Shown here piece by piece: positions 48,161-60,695 of a DNA stretch of 64,000 bases; positions within the stretch are counted from its first letter, which is position 1, and each line of letters begins with the position of its first letter. A program made the translations under genes and the position numbers. Origin of the DNA: Macrostomum hystrix (Eukaryota; Animalia; Platyhelminthes); NCBI GenBank assembly GCA_950097015.1, contig CATNEN010000038.1, positions 34,534,001 through 34,598,000 on the forward strand, written 5' to 3'. A model generated the notes under the pieces. The model saw nothing but the letters and a program-made list of their open reading frames with translations. It did no database searches and was not told the origin of the DNA.

Positions 48161-48839
48161 GATTAATTAGCCAGACTGACAAATGGCACTAGACATATGC
48201 ACTAGACCAGGCAAGGCTTTTAATATATGCGGTAGATTTTATTCTACGATTGGCGACCCTCAGCCAATAGTCGTATTCAGCCATTCAGTACAGTTTTCTC
48301 TCTACCACTGTCAGCGTATTTCTTTCCATAGTGGTCAATGGCTTGGCGCTATGGGAGGGCACAGGAAATAACAGACAGGGAAATATATAATTCTAGTACA
48401 TACACAAAATATAGTCCCGGCATGGCTTAGAAACAAACGGAAATATGGCGGAGGACACAGAACACACGTTTGGGATTCTTCTTTATACATTATATGCAAA
48501 TGTACTTAAAATTTTCTTCCCCATTCTCTTATCCCTCGAGCAAATCCCAAATATTCTGCTGCTAGGGAGACTACACGAGAGACCTTGTCCTCAACTTGTA
48601 GAGGCTCGACTAAGAGTAGAAGAATGTACTGAGGGTGACGGGCGCCTGTGTTTTCTAACCAGAAAAAAAAGAAAAGAGAGAAAGCGAGGGAGAAAGCCGA
48701 GAGAATGACAGGTCTGACAACAGCTCGCCCCATTGTACAGAAGTAAAATGTACATTCGTCCCTTGCGTGAATTTGTACCAACATGTCGTATTTAATTCAT
48801 TTCTCGCATACTCATTCATTAAAAAATGTCTCGCCAACT

Positions 48840-50437
48840 CAGCAGTTGAGAGTAACCAAACTGTCAGGGGTGTGACAGCAGTTGAAAGTAACCAAACTGT
48901 CAGGGGTGTGACAGCAGTTGAAAGTAACCAAACTGTCAGGGGTGTGACAGCAGTTGAGAGTAACCAAACTGTCAGGGGTGTGACAGCAGTTGAAAGTAAC
49001 CAAACTGTCAGGGGTGTGACAGCAGTTGAAAGTAACCCAACTGTCAGGGGTGCGACAGCAGTTAAAAGTAACCCAACTGTCAGGGGTGTGAAAGCAGTTG
49101 AAAGTAACCAAACTGTCAGGGGTGTGACAGCAGTTGAAAGTAACCAAACTGTCAGGGGTGTGACAGCAGTTGAAAGTAACCAAACTGTCAGGGGTGTGAT
49201 GGCTGTTGAAAGTAACCAAACTGTCAGGGGTGTGACAGCAGTTGAAAGTAACCAAACTGTCAGGGGTGCGACAGCAGTTAAAAGTAACCCAACTGTCAGG
49301 GGTGTGAAAGCAGTTGAAAGTAACCAAACTGTCAGGGGTGTGACAGCAGTTGAAAGTAACCAAACTGTCAGGGGTGTGATGGCTGTTGAAAGTAACCAAA
49401 CTGTCAGGGGTGTGATGGCTGTTGAAAGTAACCAAACTGTCAGGGGTGTGATGGCTGTTGAAAGTAACCAAACTGTTAGGGGTGTGACAGCAGTTGAAAG
49501 TAACCAAACTGTCAGGGGTGTGACAGCAGTTGAAAGTAACCCAACTGTCAGGAGTGTGACAGCAGTTGAAAGTAACCAAACTGTCAGGGGTGTGATGGCT
49601 GTTGAGAGTAACCAAACTGTCAGGGGTGTGACAGCAGTTGAAAGTAACCAAACTGTCAGGGGTGTGATGGCTGTTGAAAGTAACCAAACTGTCAGGGGTG
49701 TGATGGCTGTTGAAAGTAACCAAACTGTCAGGGGTGTGATGGCTGTTGAAAGTAACCAAACTGTCAGGGGTGTGATGGCTGTTGAAAGTAACCAAACTGT
49801 CAGGGGTGTGACAGCTGTTGAAAGTAACCAAACTGTCAGGGGTGTGATGGCTGTTGAAAGTAACCAAACTGTCAGGGGTGTGACAGCTGTTGAAAGTAAC
49901 CCAACTGTCAGGGGTGTGACAGCTGTTGAAAGTAACCAAACTGTCAGGGGTGTGACAGCAGTTGAGAGTAACGAAACTGTCAGGGGTGTGACAGCAGTTG
50001 AAAGTAACCCAACTGTCAGGGGTGTGACAGCAGTTGAGAGTAACCAAACTGTCAGGGGTGTGACAGCAGTTGAAAGTAACCAAACTGTCAGGGGTGTGAC
50101 AGCAGTTGAGAGTAACGAAACTGTCAGGGGTGTGACAGCAGTTGAAAGTAACCCAACTGTCAGGAGTGTGACAGCAGTTGAAAGTAACCAAACTGTCAGG
50201 GGTGTGACAGCAGTTGAAAGTAACCAAACTGTCAGGGGTGTGACAGCAGTTGAAAGTAACCAAACTGTCAGGGGTGTGATGGCTGTTGAAAGTAACCAAA
50301 CTGTCAGGGGTGTGACAGCAGTTGAAAGTAACCAAACTATCAGGGGTGTGACAGCAGTTGAGAGTAACCCAACTGTCAGGGGTGTGACAGCTGTTGAAAG
50401 TAACCCAACTGTCAGGGGTGTGATGGCTGTTGCAGTT
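48840..50437. repeat. Minisatellite, 36-bp unit agcagttgaaagtaaccaaactgtcaggggtgtgac, ~44 copies
   Basis: Direct periodicity. Confidence 0.97.
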
Positions 50438-51059
50438 AATTAGATGCATGTTAAAAGTACAAAGTTGCATAATTTAAACATGTGTATTGTCATCAAAATT
50501 ATTAGATAAACAATATCTAAAGTATTTGCTACGAGCATTTATGCAGATGAACTATGTGTTGAATAATACCTTGGTTAGAATCTAGTAGGGGTTAAATAAA
50601 CTCGCTGCTTAATTGCCACTCACTGCGACAGCATCCAAGCGGCACAGCTTGAAGCCTGATGCATAATTATAGTGTTTATTTAAGCCTCTGCTTTATATTT
50701 TGTCTGCTGAACATGTTTGGTTTCCGTGGGAATATTAGTTTCGGCTTTTTGGGTTCTAAGGAGCCTTTCCAAGAAATGACACAGAAACTGACCGATTGAT
50801 GCGAAACCCAGGCAGTCAATCCTGTACCATAATTTTTGGTCAAGCACAGACGCATAGTTCATCCTTGATTTGGGAAGAATGTTCTTCAATTCTAAAGCAA
50901 AGTCGCTGCTTTAAGTGTTGTCGCATGTTTTCTATGAATTTACTGTAGCTTCATCTGAGAAAAGGTCACGTTTCATCTGTAGCTGCGGCTGTTGCATTCA
51001 TGTTAAACCCCTACACCAATATTCAGATCCCTTTCAAGCACTTTTAATGTGATGCTAGT

Positions 51060-53263
51060 CAGACACTTTCCCTCTTAAAACTCAGACATATTCCCTTCAG
51101 AAACTCTGATACATTCCCTTTACAAACTGCAATACATTCCCGTCAGAAAATATAAAATTATACAATACATTCCTTTCAGAAACTACAATACATTCCTTTC
51201 AGAAACTGCAATACATTCCTTTCAGAAACTACAATACATTCCCTTCAGAAACTACAATACATTCCCTTCAGAAACTGCGATACATTCCCTAAAGAAACTC
51301 CGATACATTCCCTTCAGAAACTCCGATACATTCCCTTCAGAAACTGCAATACATTCCCTTCAGAAACTGCAATACATTCCCTTCACAAACTCTGATACAT
51401 TCCCTTCAGAAACTACAATACATTCCCTTCAGAAACTGCAATACATTCCCTTCAGAAACTGCAATACATTCCCTTCAGAAACTGCAATACATTCCCTTCA
51501 GAAACTGCAATATATTCCCTTCAGAAACTGCAATACATTCCCTTCAGAAACTACAATACATTCCCTTCAGAAACTGCAATACATTCCCTTCAGAAACTGC
51601 AATACATTCCCTTCAGAAACTGCAATACATTCCCTTCAGAAACTGCAATACATTCCCTTCAGAAACTGCAATACATTCCCTTCAGAAACTGCAATACATT
51701 CCCTTCAGAAACTGCAATACATTCCCTTCAGAAACTGCAATACATTCCCTTCAGAAACTGCAATACATTCCCTTCAGAAACTGCAATACATTCCCTTCAG
51801 AAACTGCAATACATTCCCTTCAGAAACTGCAATACATTCCCTTCAGAAACTGCAATACATTCCCTTCAGAAACTGCAATACATTCCCTTCAGAAACTGCA
51901 ATACATTCCCTTCAGAAACTGCAATACATTCCCTTCAGAAACTGCAATACATTCCCTTCAGAAACTGCAATACATTCCCTTCAGAAACTGCAATACATTC
52001 CCTTCAGAAACTGCAATACATTCCCTTCAGAAACTGCAATACATTCCCTTCAGAAACTGCAATACATTCCCTTCACAAACTGCAATACATTCCCTTCACA
52101 AACTGCAATACATTCCCTTCAGAAACTGCAATACATTCCCTTCACAAACTGCAATACATTCCCTTCAGAAACTGCGATACATTCCCTTCAGAAACTGCAA
52201 TACATTCCCTTCACAAACTGCAATACATTCCCTTCAGAAACTGCAATACATTCCCTTCAGAAACTGCAATACATTCCCTTCACAAACTGCAATACATTCC
52301 CTTCAGAAACTGCAATACATTCCCTTCAGAAACTGCAATACATTCCCTTCAGAAACTGCAATACATTCCCTTCAGAAACTGCAATACATTCCCTTCAGAA
52401 ACTGCAATACATTCCCTTCAGAAACTGCAATACATTCCCTTCAGAAACTGCAATACATTCCCTTCAGAAACTGCAATACATTCCCTTCACAAACTGCAAT
52501 ACATTCCCTTCAGAAACTGCAATACATTCCCTTCAGAAACTGCAATACATTCCCTTCACAAACTGCAATACATTCCCTTCAGAAACTGCGATACATTCCC
52601 TTCAGAAACTGCAATACATTCCCTTCACAAACTGCAATACATTCCCTTCAGAAACTGCAATACATTCCCTTCAGAAACTGCAATACATTCCCTTCACAAA
52701 CTGCAATACATTCCCTTCAGAAACTGCGATACATTCCCTTCAGAAACTGCAATACATTCCCTTCAGAAACTGCAATACATTCCCTTCAGAAACTGCAATA
52801 CATTCCCTTCAGAAACTGCAATACATTCCCTTCAGAAACTGCAATACATTCCCTTCAGAAACTGCAATACATTCCCTTCAGAAACTGCAATACATTCCCT
52901 TCAGAAACTGCAATACATTCCCTTCAGAAACTGCAATACATTCCCTTCAGAAACTGCAATACATTCCCTTCAGAAACTGCAATACATTCCCTTCAGAAAC
53001 TGCAATACATTCCCTTCAGAAACTGCAATACATTCCCTTCACAAACTGCAATACATTCCCTTCAGAAACTGCGATACATTCCCTTCAGAAACTGCAATAC
53101 ATTCCCTTCACAAACTGCAATACATTCCCTTCAGAAACTGCAATACATTCCCTTCAGAAACTGCAATACATTCCCTTCACAAACTGCAATACATTCCCTT
53201 CAGAAACTGCAATACATTCCCTTCAGAAACTGCAATACATTCCCTTCAGAAACTGCAATACAT
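51060..53263. repeat. Minisatellite, 23-bp unit cattcccttcagaaactgcaata, ~90 copies
   Basis: Direct periodicity with a degenerate left edge. Confidence 0.98.
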
Positions 53264-53264
53264 A

Positions 53265-53408
53265 CCTGTGTAAGTGTGTGCCTGCATACAGTATCTGTGT
53301 GCGTGTGTGCTCAGGAGTCAGCGAAATGGGGTAGAATTGCCTCCACTCTGGCTGCTGGTTTAGTGTCATCAAATTATGTGCCATTGCCCGCAGCCCCTAT
53401 AGCAATTG
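53265..53408 (+). mobile_element. 5'-truncated SINE (3' domain)
   Basis: cctgtg...gtatctgtgtgcgtgtgtgctcaggagtcagcgaaatggg...attgcccgcagccc matches the SINE 3' half and abuts the 23-bp array. Confidence 0.8.
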
Positions 53409-53759
53409 ATTCCGCTACCAAGACAGAAACTGCCACAGAATATGGGTATTAAAGTTGATGTTCAGATATCAGAAATTAATGGCGCCACAGGAGCATTTCG
53501 CGATAACAGATTAACTGTCTGAATCTTTCACCTTATCTTGCATTTTTATGCAAGAACGGGTGGCAACTAAACTCCCTTTCCCATTGTGACAAAACATTTG
53601 ACAGCCTATATTTTCACCCGCTGGTATATAAACCAGGGCTTATCATTTAAACATTCGGAATAGGTTACCTAACGAATTAGTTTCACTTACACTGACTTCT
53701 AAACATGGACTAAACATGACTATTAAACATATTTAAAATCCGGTTTTTATAGATCCGGG

Positions 53760-53850
53760 AAGTAACTCGCACTGGAGTCCCTGAGTTCGAATCCGTGACG
53801 AGACCGCAAATTAATTCGGGGCGCAGCCGCGGAGAGAAGGCTTCGCGGCA
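53760..53850 (+). mobile_element. SINE head fragment (diverged)
   Basis: gtccctgagttcgaatcc...ggggcgcagccgcggagagaaggctt matches the SINE 5' region. Confidence 0.7.
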
Positions 53851-54732
53851 GGTTGCGCACAAGGACCGTTTGAAGAAGGACAGGACACTTAGTTTCTTAG
53901 AAAAAGATTTTTTAGTAGGCCAAGATATTGGCTAATTTAATTTTTATTGGTTGCTTCATTGGTGCTTAAATAAATCCAATAAAAATCCAATATCTGCTTC
54001 CAATAAAAAGTTATCAACATTTTAATGTATCTCGCTAGTGCATTTTTCCGTGATAATCAGCCTTCAATACATTTTCCAGGAAACGGAGGGTCTCATCCTT
54101 CTTCTTCTAGTTGTTCTTGGTTGCACTTTGCACTCGTGGTGTCTATGGCACAACCAGATAGCAGTGACGTGACACAAAAGTTGTTTTTGTAAAAAAATCG
54201 CTTTAGAGAAGTAGTGCAAGCGTGTCTGTACAATTGTTTAGTTGTTCGCCTGTGTTCTTTTAAAGCATGCCCGATGGACATTGGAAATTTGAGAAATCTG
54301 AGACTTGGACATCGAAAACACTGGTGCAGCCTTCTAACCAAAATGGCCTCCTCTCTGCGGTTGTCCGATTTGTGCGCCAAAAACACCGGAAATCGCATCG
54401 CTCAGTGTTTGGAAAAGAGAAAGAGACAGAAACAGATTTCCTGTCGCAATATTTAATTCCAGTGCGATAAATTTGGACACTATAGCTTGTGAACTGGCGC
54501 TTTTCACAACTTTTCTGTTTGTGTTCGAAGAAGCATGACACTCATTATGTTTATTTATTCGTTTTTTTGGATTTTTTATCAGCTATCTTTAAAATTCTAC
54601 TCACAGATTTTGTCAGTAGTGTGGTGTGTAAAATCAAACCAGATTGCTGATTTGTTAACCAATCTCGTTGACGCGATGTGTTTTTAGATTGGTTTAAATA
54701 TCTTTGAGCGAGCAGTCCTGATCTGGACAAGG

Positions 54733-57700
54733 ATGGCTTCGTCATCTTCGCGTCTGCCTGCGTGCAAAAAACGAATTGTCGGTCGCCATGTCAACGGCGG
54801 CAGTCAGCAGAAGCAGACGCTGGTGACGTCAGCCCGTTTCGCCGGCGACAATCCTTGGTCGACGACGGATTCCACGGCGTCAGTTGTGGCCATCTCTGAG
54901 AGCGAGGCGGCGCTGTACAAGTTCACCGGCTTTCAGCAGGGAAAACTGAAGAACAATGACAGCGGAGGATGCGGCAGCGGCGGCATGCGGATGTTAATTA
55001 ATCCTCTGGATCAGGCAGCACTGACCGATCATGAGGAAGCGGCGACGCCCGCTGGTGACCTCCTTGACTGCCTGTTGGTGGCCCTGCTGTCTAGGGGCAA
55101 CTTTCCGTGCCTATGGCGACAGAACGGCGATGCGACAGCTGTGAATTGTGCTGGCGTCAGCGAGATTGAGTGAGTCAGCTGTGAATTGTGCTGGCGTCAG
55201 CGAGATTGAGTGAGTCAGCTGTGAATTGTGCTGGCGTCAGCGAGATTGAGTGAGTCAGCTGTGAATTGTGCTGGCGTCAGCGAGATTGAGTGAGTCAGCT
55301 GTGAATTGTGCTGGCGTCAGCGAGATTGAGTGAGTCAGCTGTGAATTGTGCTGGCGTCAGCGAGATTGAGTGAGTCAGCTGTGAATTGTGCTGGCGTCAG
55401 CGAGATTGAGTGAGTCAGCTGTGAACTGTGCTGGCGTCAGCGAGATTGAGTGAGTCAGCTGTGAATTGTGCTGGCGTCAGCGAGATTGAGTGAGTCAGCT
55501 GTGAACTGTGCTGGCGTCAGCGAGATTGAGTGAGTCAGCTGTGAATTGTGCTGGCGTCAGCGAGATTGAGTGAGTCAGCTGTGAATTGTGCTGGCGTCAG
55601 CGAGATTGAGTGAGTCAGCTGTGAATTGTGCTGGCGTCAGCGAGATTGAGTGAGTCAGCTGTGAATTGTGCTGGCGTCAGCGAGATTGAGTGAGTCAGCT
55701 GTGAATTGTGCTGGCGTCAGCGAGATTGAGTGAGTCAGCTGTGAATTGTGCTGGCGTCAGCGAGATTGAGTGAGTCAGCTGTGAATTGTGCTGGCGTCAG
55801 CGAGATTGAGTGAGTCAGCTGTGAATTGTGCTGGCGTCAGCGAGATTGAGTGAGTCAGCTGTCATCGTGTGGGAAGATTTGTTAACTGTCAAGTGAATTG
55901 GAAATATTTACATAGCATCATCAAAGTCTGTTTTCAACCATCTGGTAAGCAGTATCAGCCTCAGTAACAGTTATTTCCTGTAAATAGAGCTGCTTACAAG
56001 ACACGTCTTTTGTGAGCAACAATTTCTCCCATATCTCGCTACTTCTAGTTTCAACAGTTCTAACAAAACTTAGCATTAAAAATTTAGCACAGAAATACCA
56101 GATGCGACCAGGGAACTGACAGTGATGACTTGGACTACTGGACCTAGCACAACATGATGTGGCTGCCTAGGGAACATGGACAGCTGTTAGCTGTTCAGCT
56201 AATGCACGCCAAATGCTGTGAAATTAATCATTTATACCAAGCAGATGTAGCTACTCAGCCAGTGGGATAAAACTGAGAGAAAACTTGTACCATTATCTTA
56301 TATTCTATATCTCTCTTAATTTGTTAATGCATTTTTTCTATTATTATCTAGGGGTAAAATAGGAAAGAATGTTGATATTCTCCATGTCTCTTAACAAAAT
56401 GTAATAATTGACTACACGACATTTACCTAGAAAGCGTATAATAGGTCTTTGACTGCAAATTATAATTACCTAGTATTGTATTGGTTAGCTTGTCATCCAC
56501 AGTTCCTATGGCAACCTTCATTGGACTTTCTTGTTTTATTCATCATCTTAACTCCTTCCTTAACCTACCTCTTGAATCCATCTCTCAGATCCCATCTCTC
56601 AAATCCCATCTTTCTAATCCCATCTCTCAAATCCCATGTTTCCAATCCCATCTCTCTAACCCCATCTCTCTTGTCCCAGATCTCTAATCCCATCTCTCTA
56701 GTCCCATCTCTCTAGTCCCATCTCTCTAGTCCCATCTCTCTAATCCCATCTCTCTAATCCCATCTCTCTAGTCCCATCTCTCTAGTCCCATCTCTCTAGT
56801 CCCAGATCTCTAATCCCATCTCTCTAGTCCCATCTCTCTAGTCCCATCTCTCTAGTCCCATCTCTCTAACCCCATCTCTCTAGTCCCATCTCTCTAGTCC
56901 CATCTCTCTAGTCCCATCTCTCTAACCCCATCTCTCTAGTCCCATCTCTCTAGTCCCATCTCTCTAGTCCCATCTCTCTAACCCCATCTCTCTAACCCCA
57001 TCTCTCTAATCCCATCTCTCTAGTCCCATCTCTCTAGTCCCATCTCTCTAGTCCCATCTCTCTAGCCCCATCTCTCTTATCCCATCTTTAATGCCATCAC
57101 TCAAATCCCATTTCTAATCCAATATTTCCGATTCCTCCTTTTTATTCTATAATCTTATGGAATCCAAAGTTGATCTGGAACCTAGTGTCGGAAAAAATGT
57201 TTCGAGGTTGGGGTAGATTGTCTACTTGGCACTAGAAGGAACGGAAACATATTCCTAGTGTTCAATGAGTCACACGGATATTGGCAAAGCGACACATTTA
57301 CAAATCCAGTTGTTGTCGCGATTCACCACAATGCACTAACAAATCAGAGCTAGCCAATGATTGAATAAAATGATTTGATTGATGGTAAGATTGTGTCCAC
57401 TAGCTAGTATGTACTTTGCTTAGATACAGGTTCACGCTACAGCTTACACGTTCAAGAAACTGCAAACATGCCGATTTAAAGATGTGAGAGATGCTGACCC
57501 ATTCGATCTGAGAGATGCTGACCCATTAGATGTGAGAGATGCTGACCCATTAGATGTGAGAGATGCTGACCCATTAGATGTGAGAGATTCTGACCCATTA
57601 GATCTGAGAGATGCTGACCCATTAGATCTGAGAGATGCTGCCCCATTAGATGTGAGAGATGCTGCCCCATTAGATGTGAGAGATGCTGACCCATTAGATT

Positions 57701-60614
57701 TAAGAGATGCTGCCCCATTAGATGTGAGAGATGCTGACCCATTAGATCTGAGAGATGCTGACCCATTAGATCTGAGAGTGAGAGATGCTGACCCATTAGA
57801 AGTGAGAGATGCTGACCCATTAGATCTGAGAGATGCTGACCCATTAGATCTGAGAGATGCCGACCCATTAGATCTGAGAGTGAGAGATGCTATCCCACGG
57901 GAATTTTTAATTCGTACTTTTATATTTTCAACAATCCTTTTTCCTCTTACAAATCCTAATTTTTGGCTCTGCCAGAAATTCTAGAGATTAAAAGCGAAAG
58001 ACTGAGTCTAGCATGAGAAGCGGAACAGATAAATCAATCAGGATTAGTCTCATTGACTCACCTTTAGACGGGTACTAAACCCTTATCGCTCTAAGACTCG
58101 CGCCAGACTCAATCTACTAGAAGAAGGCGAAAGAGGGAGAGAGCAAAAGAAATAGTTAAAGATCGAGGACTTTGAAGAAGCCTCTGTAAAAAGTAGAAGT
58201 AACAAAATAATCAGCGAGGGCTGCATTTCACAGGATTCCAGAGAAAACTGGCTAATTCATCTTGCTTGATGTCCCTTAATCAGCTTTTTATAAAGACAGC
58301 AGCTTTAGAAGCTGTTCACATATCTTCTCTTTAAAAACAGTATTTCGAGAATACTTTGATTTTTCAATGGATACAACGACCTGACTATTTAAATTTTCAG
58401 TCGATTCCTAGCTGATTCTCCAGTGTTTCTGTCGATTCCTAGCTGATTCATCAGTGTTTCAGTCGATTCCTAGCAGATTCTCCAGGATTTCAGTCGATTT
58501 CTAGCTGATTCTTTAGTATTTCAGTCGATTCCTAGCTGATTCTTCAGTATTTCAGTCGATTTCTAGCTGATTCTCCAGTGTTTCAGTCGATTCCTAGCTG
58601 ATTCATCAGTATTTCAGTCGATTCCTAGCAGATTCTCCAGTGTTTCTGTCGATTCCTAGCTGATTCTTCAGTATTTCAGTCGATTCCTAGCTGATTCATC
58701 AGTGTTTCAGTCGATTCCTAGCAGATTCTCCAGGATTTCAGTCGATTCCTAGCTGATTCTCCAGTATTTCAGTCGATTTCTAGCTGATTCTTTAGTATTT
58801 CAGTCGATTCCTAGCTGATTCTTCAGTATTTCAGTCGATTTCTAGCTGATTCTCCAGTGTTTCAGTCGATTCCTAGCTGATTCATCAGTATTTCAGTCGA
58901 TTCCTAGCAGATTCTCCAGTGTTTCTGTCGATTCCTAGCTGATTCTTCAGTATTTCAGTCGATTCCTAGCAGATTCTTTAGTGTTTCAGTCGATTCCTAG
59001 CTGATTCTTCAGTATTTCAGTCGATTCCTAGCAGATTCTCCAGTGTTTCAGTCGATTCCTAGCTGATTCTTCAGTATTTCAGTCGATTCCTAGCTGATTC
59101 TTTAGTGTTTCAGTCGATTCCTAACTGCTTCTTTAGTGTTTCAGTCGATTCCCAGCTGCTTCTTCAGTGTTTCTGTCGATTCCCACCGGAGCCTTCAGCG
59201 CTTTTGTAAATCATTTTCGTTTGCTGAATCTCAAAAAACCTCACAAGGCAAGCAATTAGTCGAAAATTCTCGAACTTCAGAGATATTTTCGTTCCGGGAA
59301 ATCGAGCTTTGCTTGAGCTGCGTCAAAGAATTCTCAGCTCATCTGTTCAGCCAGAAGATCAACAAGACGTCGACTGGAATCGAACTTGGTTAACTACTAA
59401 TATCGTGCCTTCGATGCCTCAAGGTGAGTCATATCATTTGCATGTTTTCGATAAAATATTAAGATCTGTCAGTCAAAACCTCTAGATCCTCAATAGCTTC
59501 CTCTTACTGATTTCCCCTTGTACCACCTGTCCATCTTTAGATTTTCGCACTTCAACGATTGCATGTGGATTGTTTTTAAAAGGCTGCACCTGCGCGTCGG
59601 CTTAATTATGAAACTTTTAATAACAACATTTCAGATCCGATTCGATGCCTCAGCATGCTACTTATTGGAATGCAGCGATCGTGCTCATGCTATACTCACC
59701 AGCTTCCAAACCCTTACCCGAACCCTAGCCCTAACCCTAACCCTAACCCTAACCCTAACCCTAAATGCGGCAGCTGCGGCTACCGAATAATTCCACTGGA
59801 CTGCGGTGCCAATTCCCTTTCGTGGCTTGGACCAGTGACGGATTCGCAGAGTCTGCTCAATCGCACTGTGCTCAACTCTGAACAGTTTGCCGATTTGGAT
59901 TTGCCAGCCTCGGCGAATCTAGTCCTGGCGACGTCTTGGCCGAAGGATTCGGCGCCGATCGATATTGCGCCGCTGCCGGTGATTCGGCTGCCTGCTCAGC
60001 GGGGCTACTTCTTGGGCGAGGATCGGGTAAATACGATAGACTAGCAATCCATTCTCTCTCTTGATCAACCTGGGGTCTGAGTGGTGAAGCGACAGTCTTT
60101 GGAGACTCTCGATGGCCCTGAGCGATGAGGCCACATACGATTGAGTCGCAGCCGCGGAGAGAGAAGTCTTGGAAGCTTGTCGTGCAGCTCAAGCCCTTAA
60201 TTAAGGATGATGATGAAAAAGTCGGAGCAGATGTACACACCTGTGTGAGTGCGCGTTTGCTCAGGAGTCCGCGAATTGGCTGAAGGTCTTCTGTCCCCTA
60301 TTTCTATATCAGTGAAATAGATTAGCAATCCATTTTGCCTATTCTCACAGCCGGCCGCCGGATCCTTCAGCAGTCGGGACGGCAGTCAACGCAGTCAAGT
60401 CGCGGAGATCACCGCAGCCACGCTCCGCCTGACGGCCATTGTTGTCCGCAGCGGTCTGAAAGGTTCGCCCAATGTCAGGCTGAGGAGCGCCTCAGGGAGC
60501 GTCTGGCTCACCTGGCCAGCAGGTCGAGACGCTGAGCAGATGCTCACGGATGAAACTGTCAGAATCAGTGTTAGCCAAAAAGATTGTCTAATGTTTTACA
60601 GGCGCATAGATTGA
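54733..60614 (+). CDS. Orphan protein, 411 aa, probable inactive USP/CYLD-fold pseudo-deubiquitinase; exons 54733-55169, 59281-59423, 59635-60026, 60351-60614
   Basis: Four GC-rich open exons joined by phase 2/1/0 GT-AG introns (ga|gtgagt...ttcag|a; g|gtgagt...ttcag|at; cgg|gtaaat...cacag|ccg). The motif order resembles USP boxes: LLDCLLVALL, QDPIRCLSMLL, CSC...CGSC, LRLTAIVVRSG...W...CLMFYRR*. The gene model is more secure than the fold call. Confidence 0.7.
55134..55862 (+). repeat. Minisatellite, 40-bp unit = exon end + 5' splice site (gctgtgaattgtgctggcgtcagcgagattga|gtgagtca), ~18 copies
   Basis: The first unit overlaps the last ~11 codons of exon 54733-55169 and its donor. Confidence 0.97.
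56570..57100. repeat. Minisatellite, 14-bp unit cccatctctctagt
   Basis: Direct periodicity. Confidence 0.93.
57480..57892. repeat. Minisatellite, 24-bp unit gagagatgctgacccattagatct
   Basis: Direct periodicity. Confidence 0.94.
58395..59185. repeat. Minisatellite, 31-bp unit tcagtcgattcctagctgattcttcagtatt
   Basis: Direct periodicity. Confidence 0.94.
59711..59764. repeat. Interstitial telomeric repeat (CCCTAA)6 plus 3 degenerate units, inside a predicted coding exon
   Basis: ccctta cccgaa ccctag (ccctaa)x6, the reverse complement of TTAGGG. Confidence 0.9.
60070..60285 (+). mobile_element. Degenerate SINE in intron 3 of the USP-like gene
   Basis: Recognisable pieces: gaggccaca, gcagccgcggagaga, gcttgtcgtgca, gcagatgtacacacctgtgtgag, gctcaggagtc. 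Confidence 0.7.
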
Positions 60615-60695
60615 TCAATTTCATCTTAATAAGTTGGACACGTTATTGAAGTCGACAAGACTTTAGGTTGTTGGTAATATTAAATGTAAAAGTTA

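Noticed and set aside
48767-50470. 558-aa and 543-aa ORFs on opposite strands (AVESNQTVRGVT repeats)
   Set aside because: They coincide with a 36-bp minisatellite that lacks stops in those frames; the plus ORF starts at GTG and there is no unique domain or splice support.
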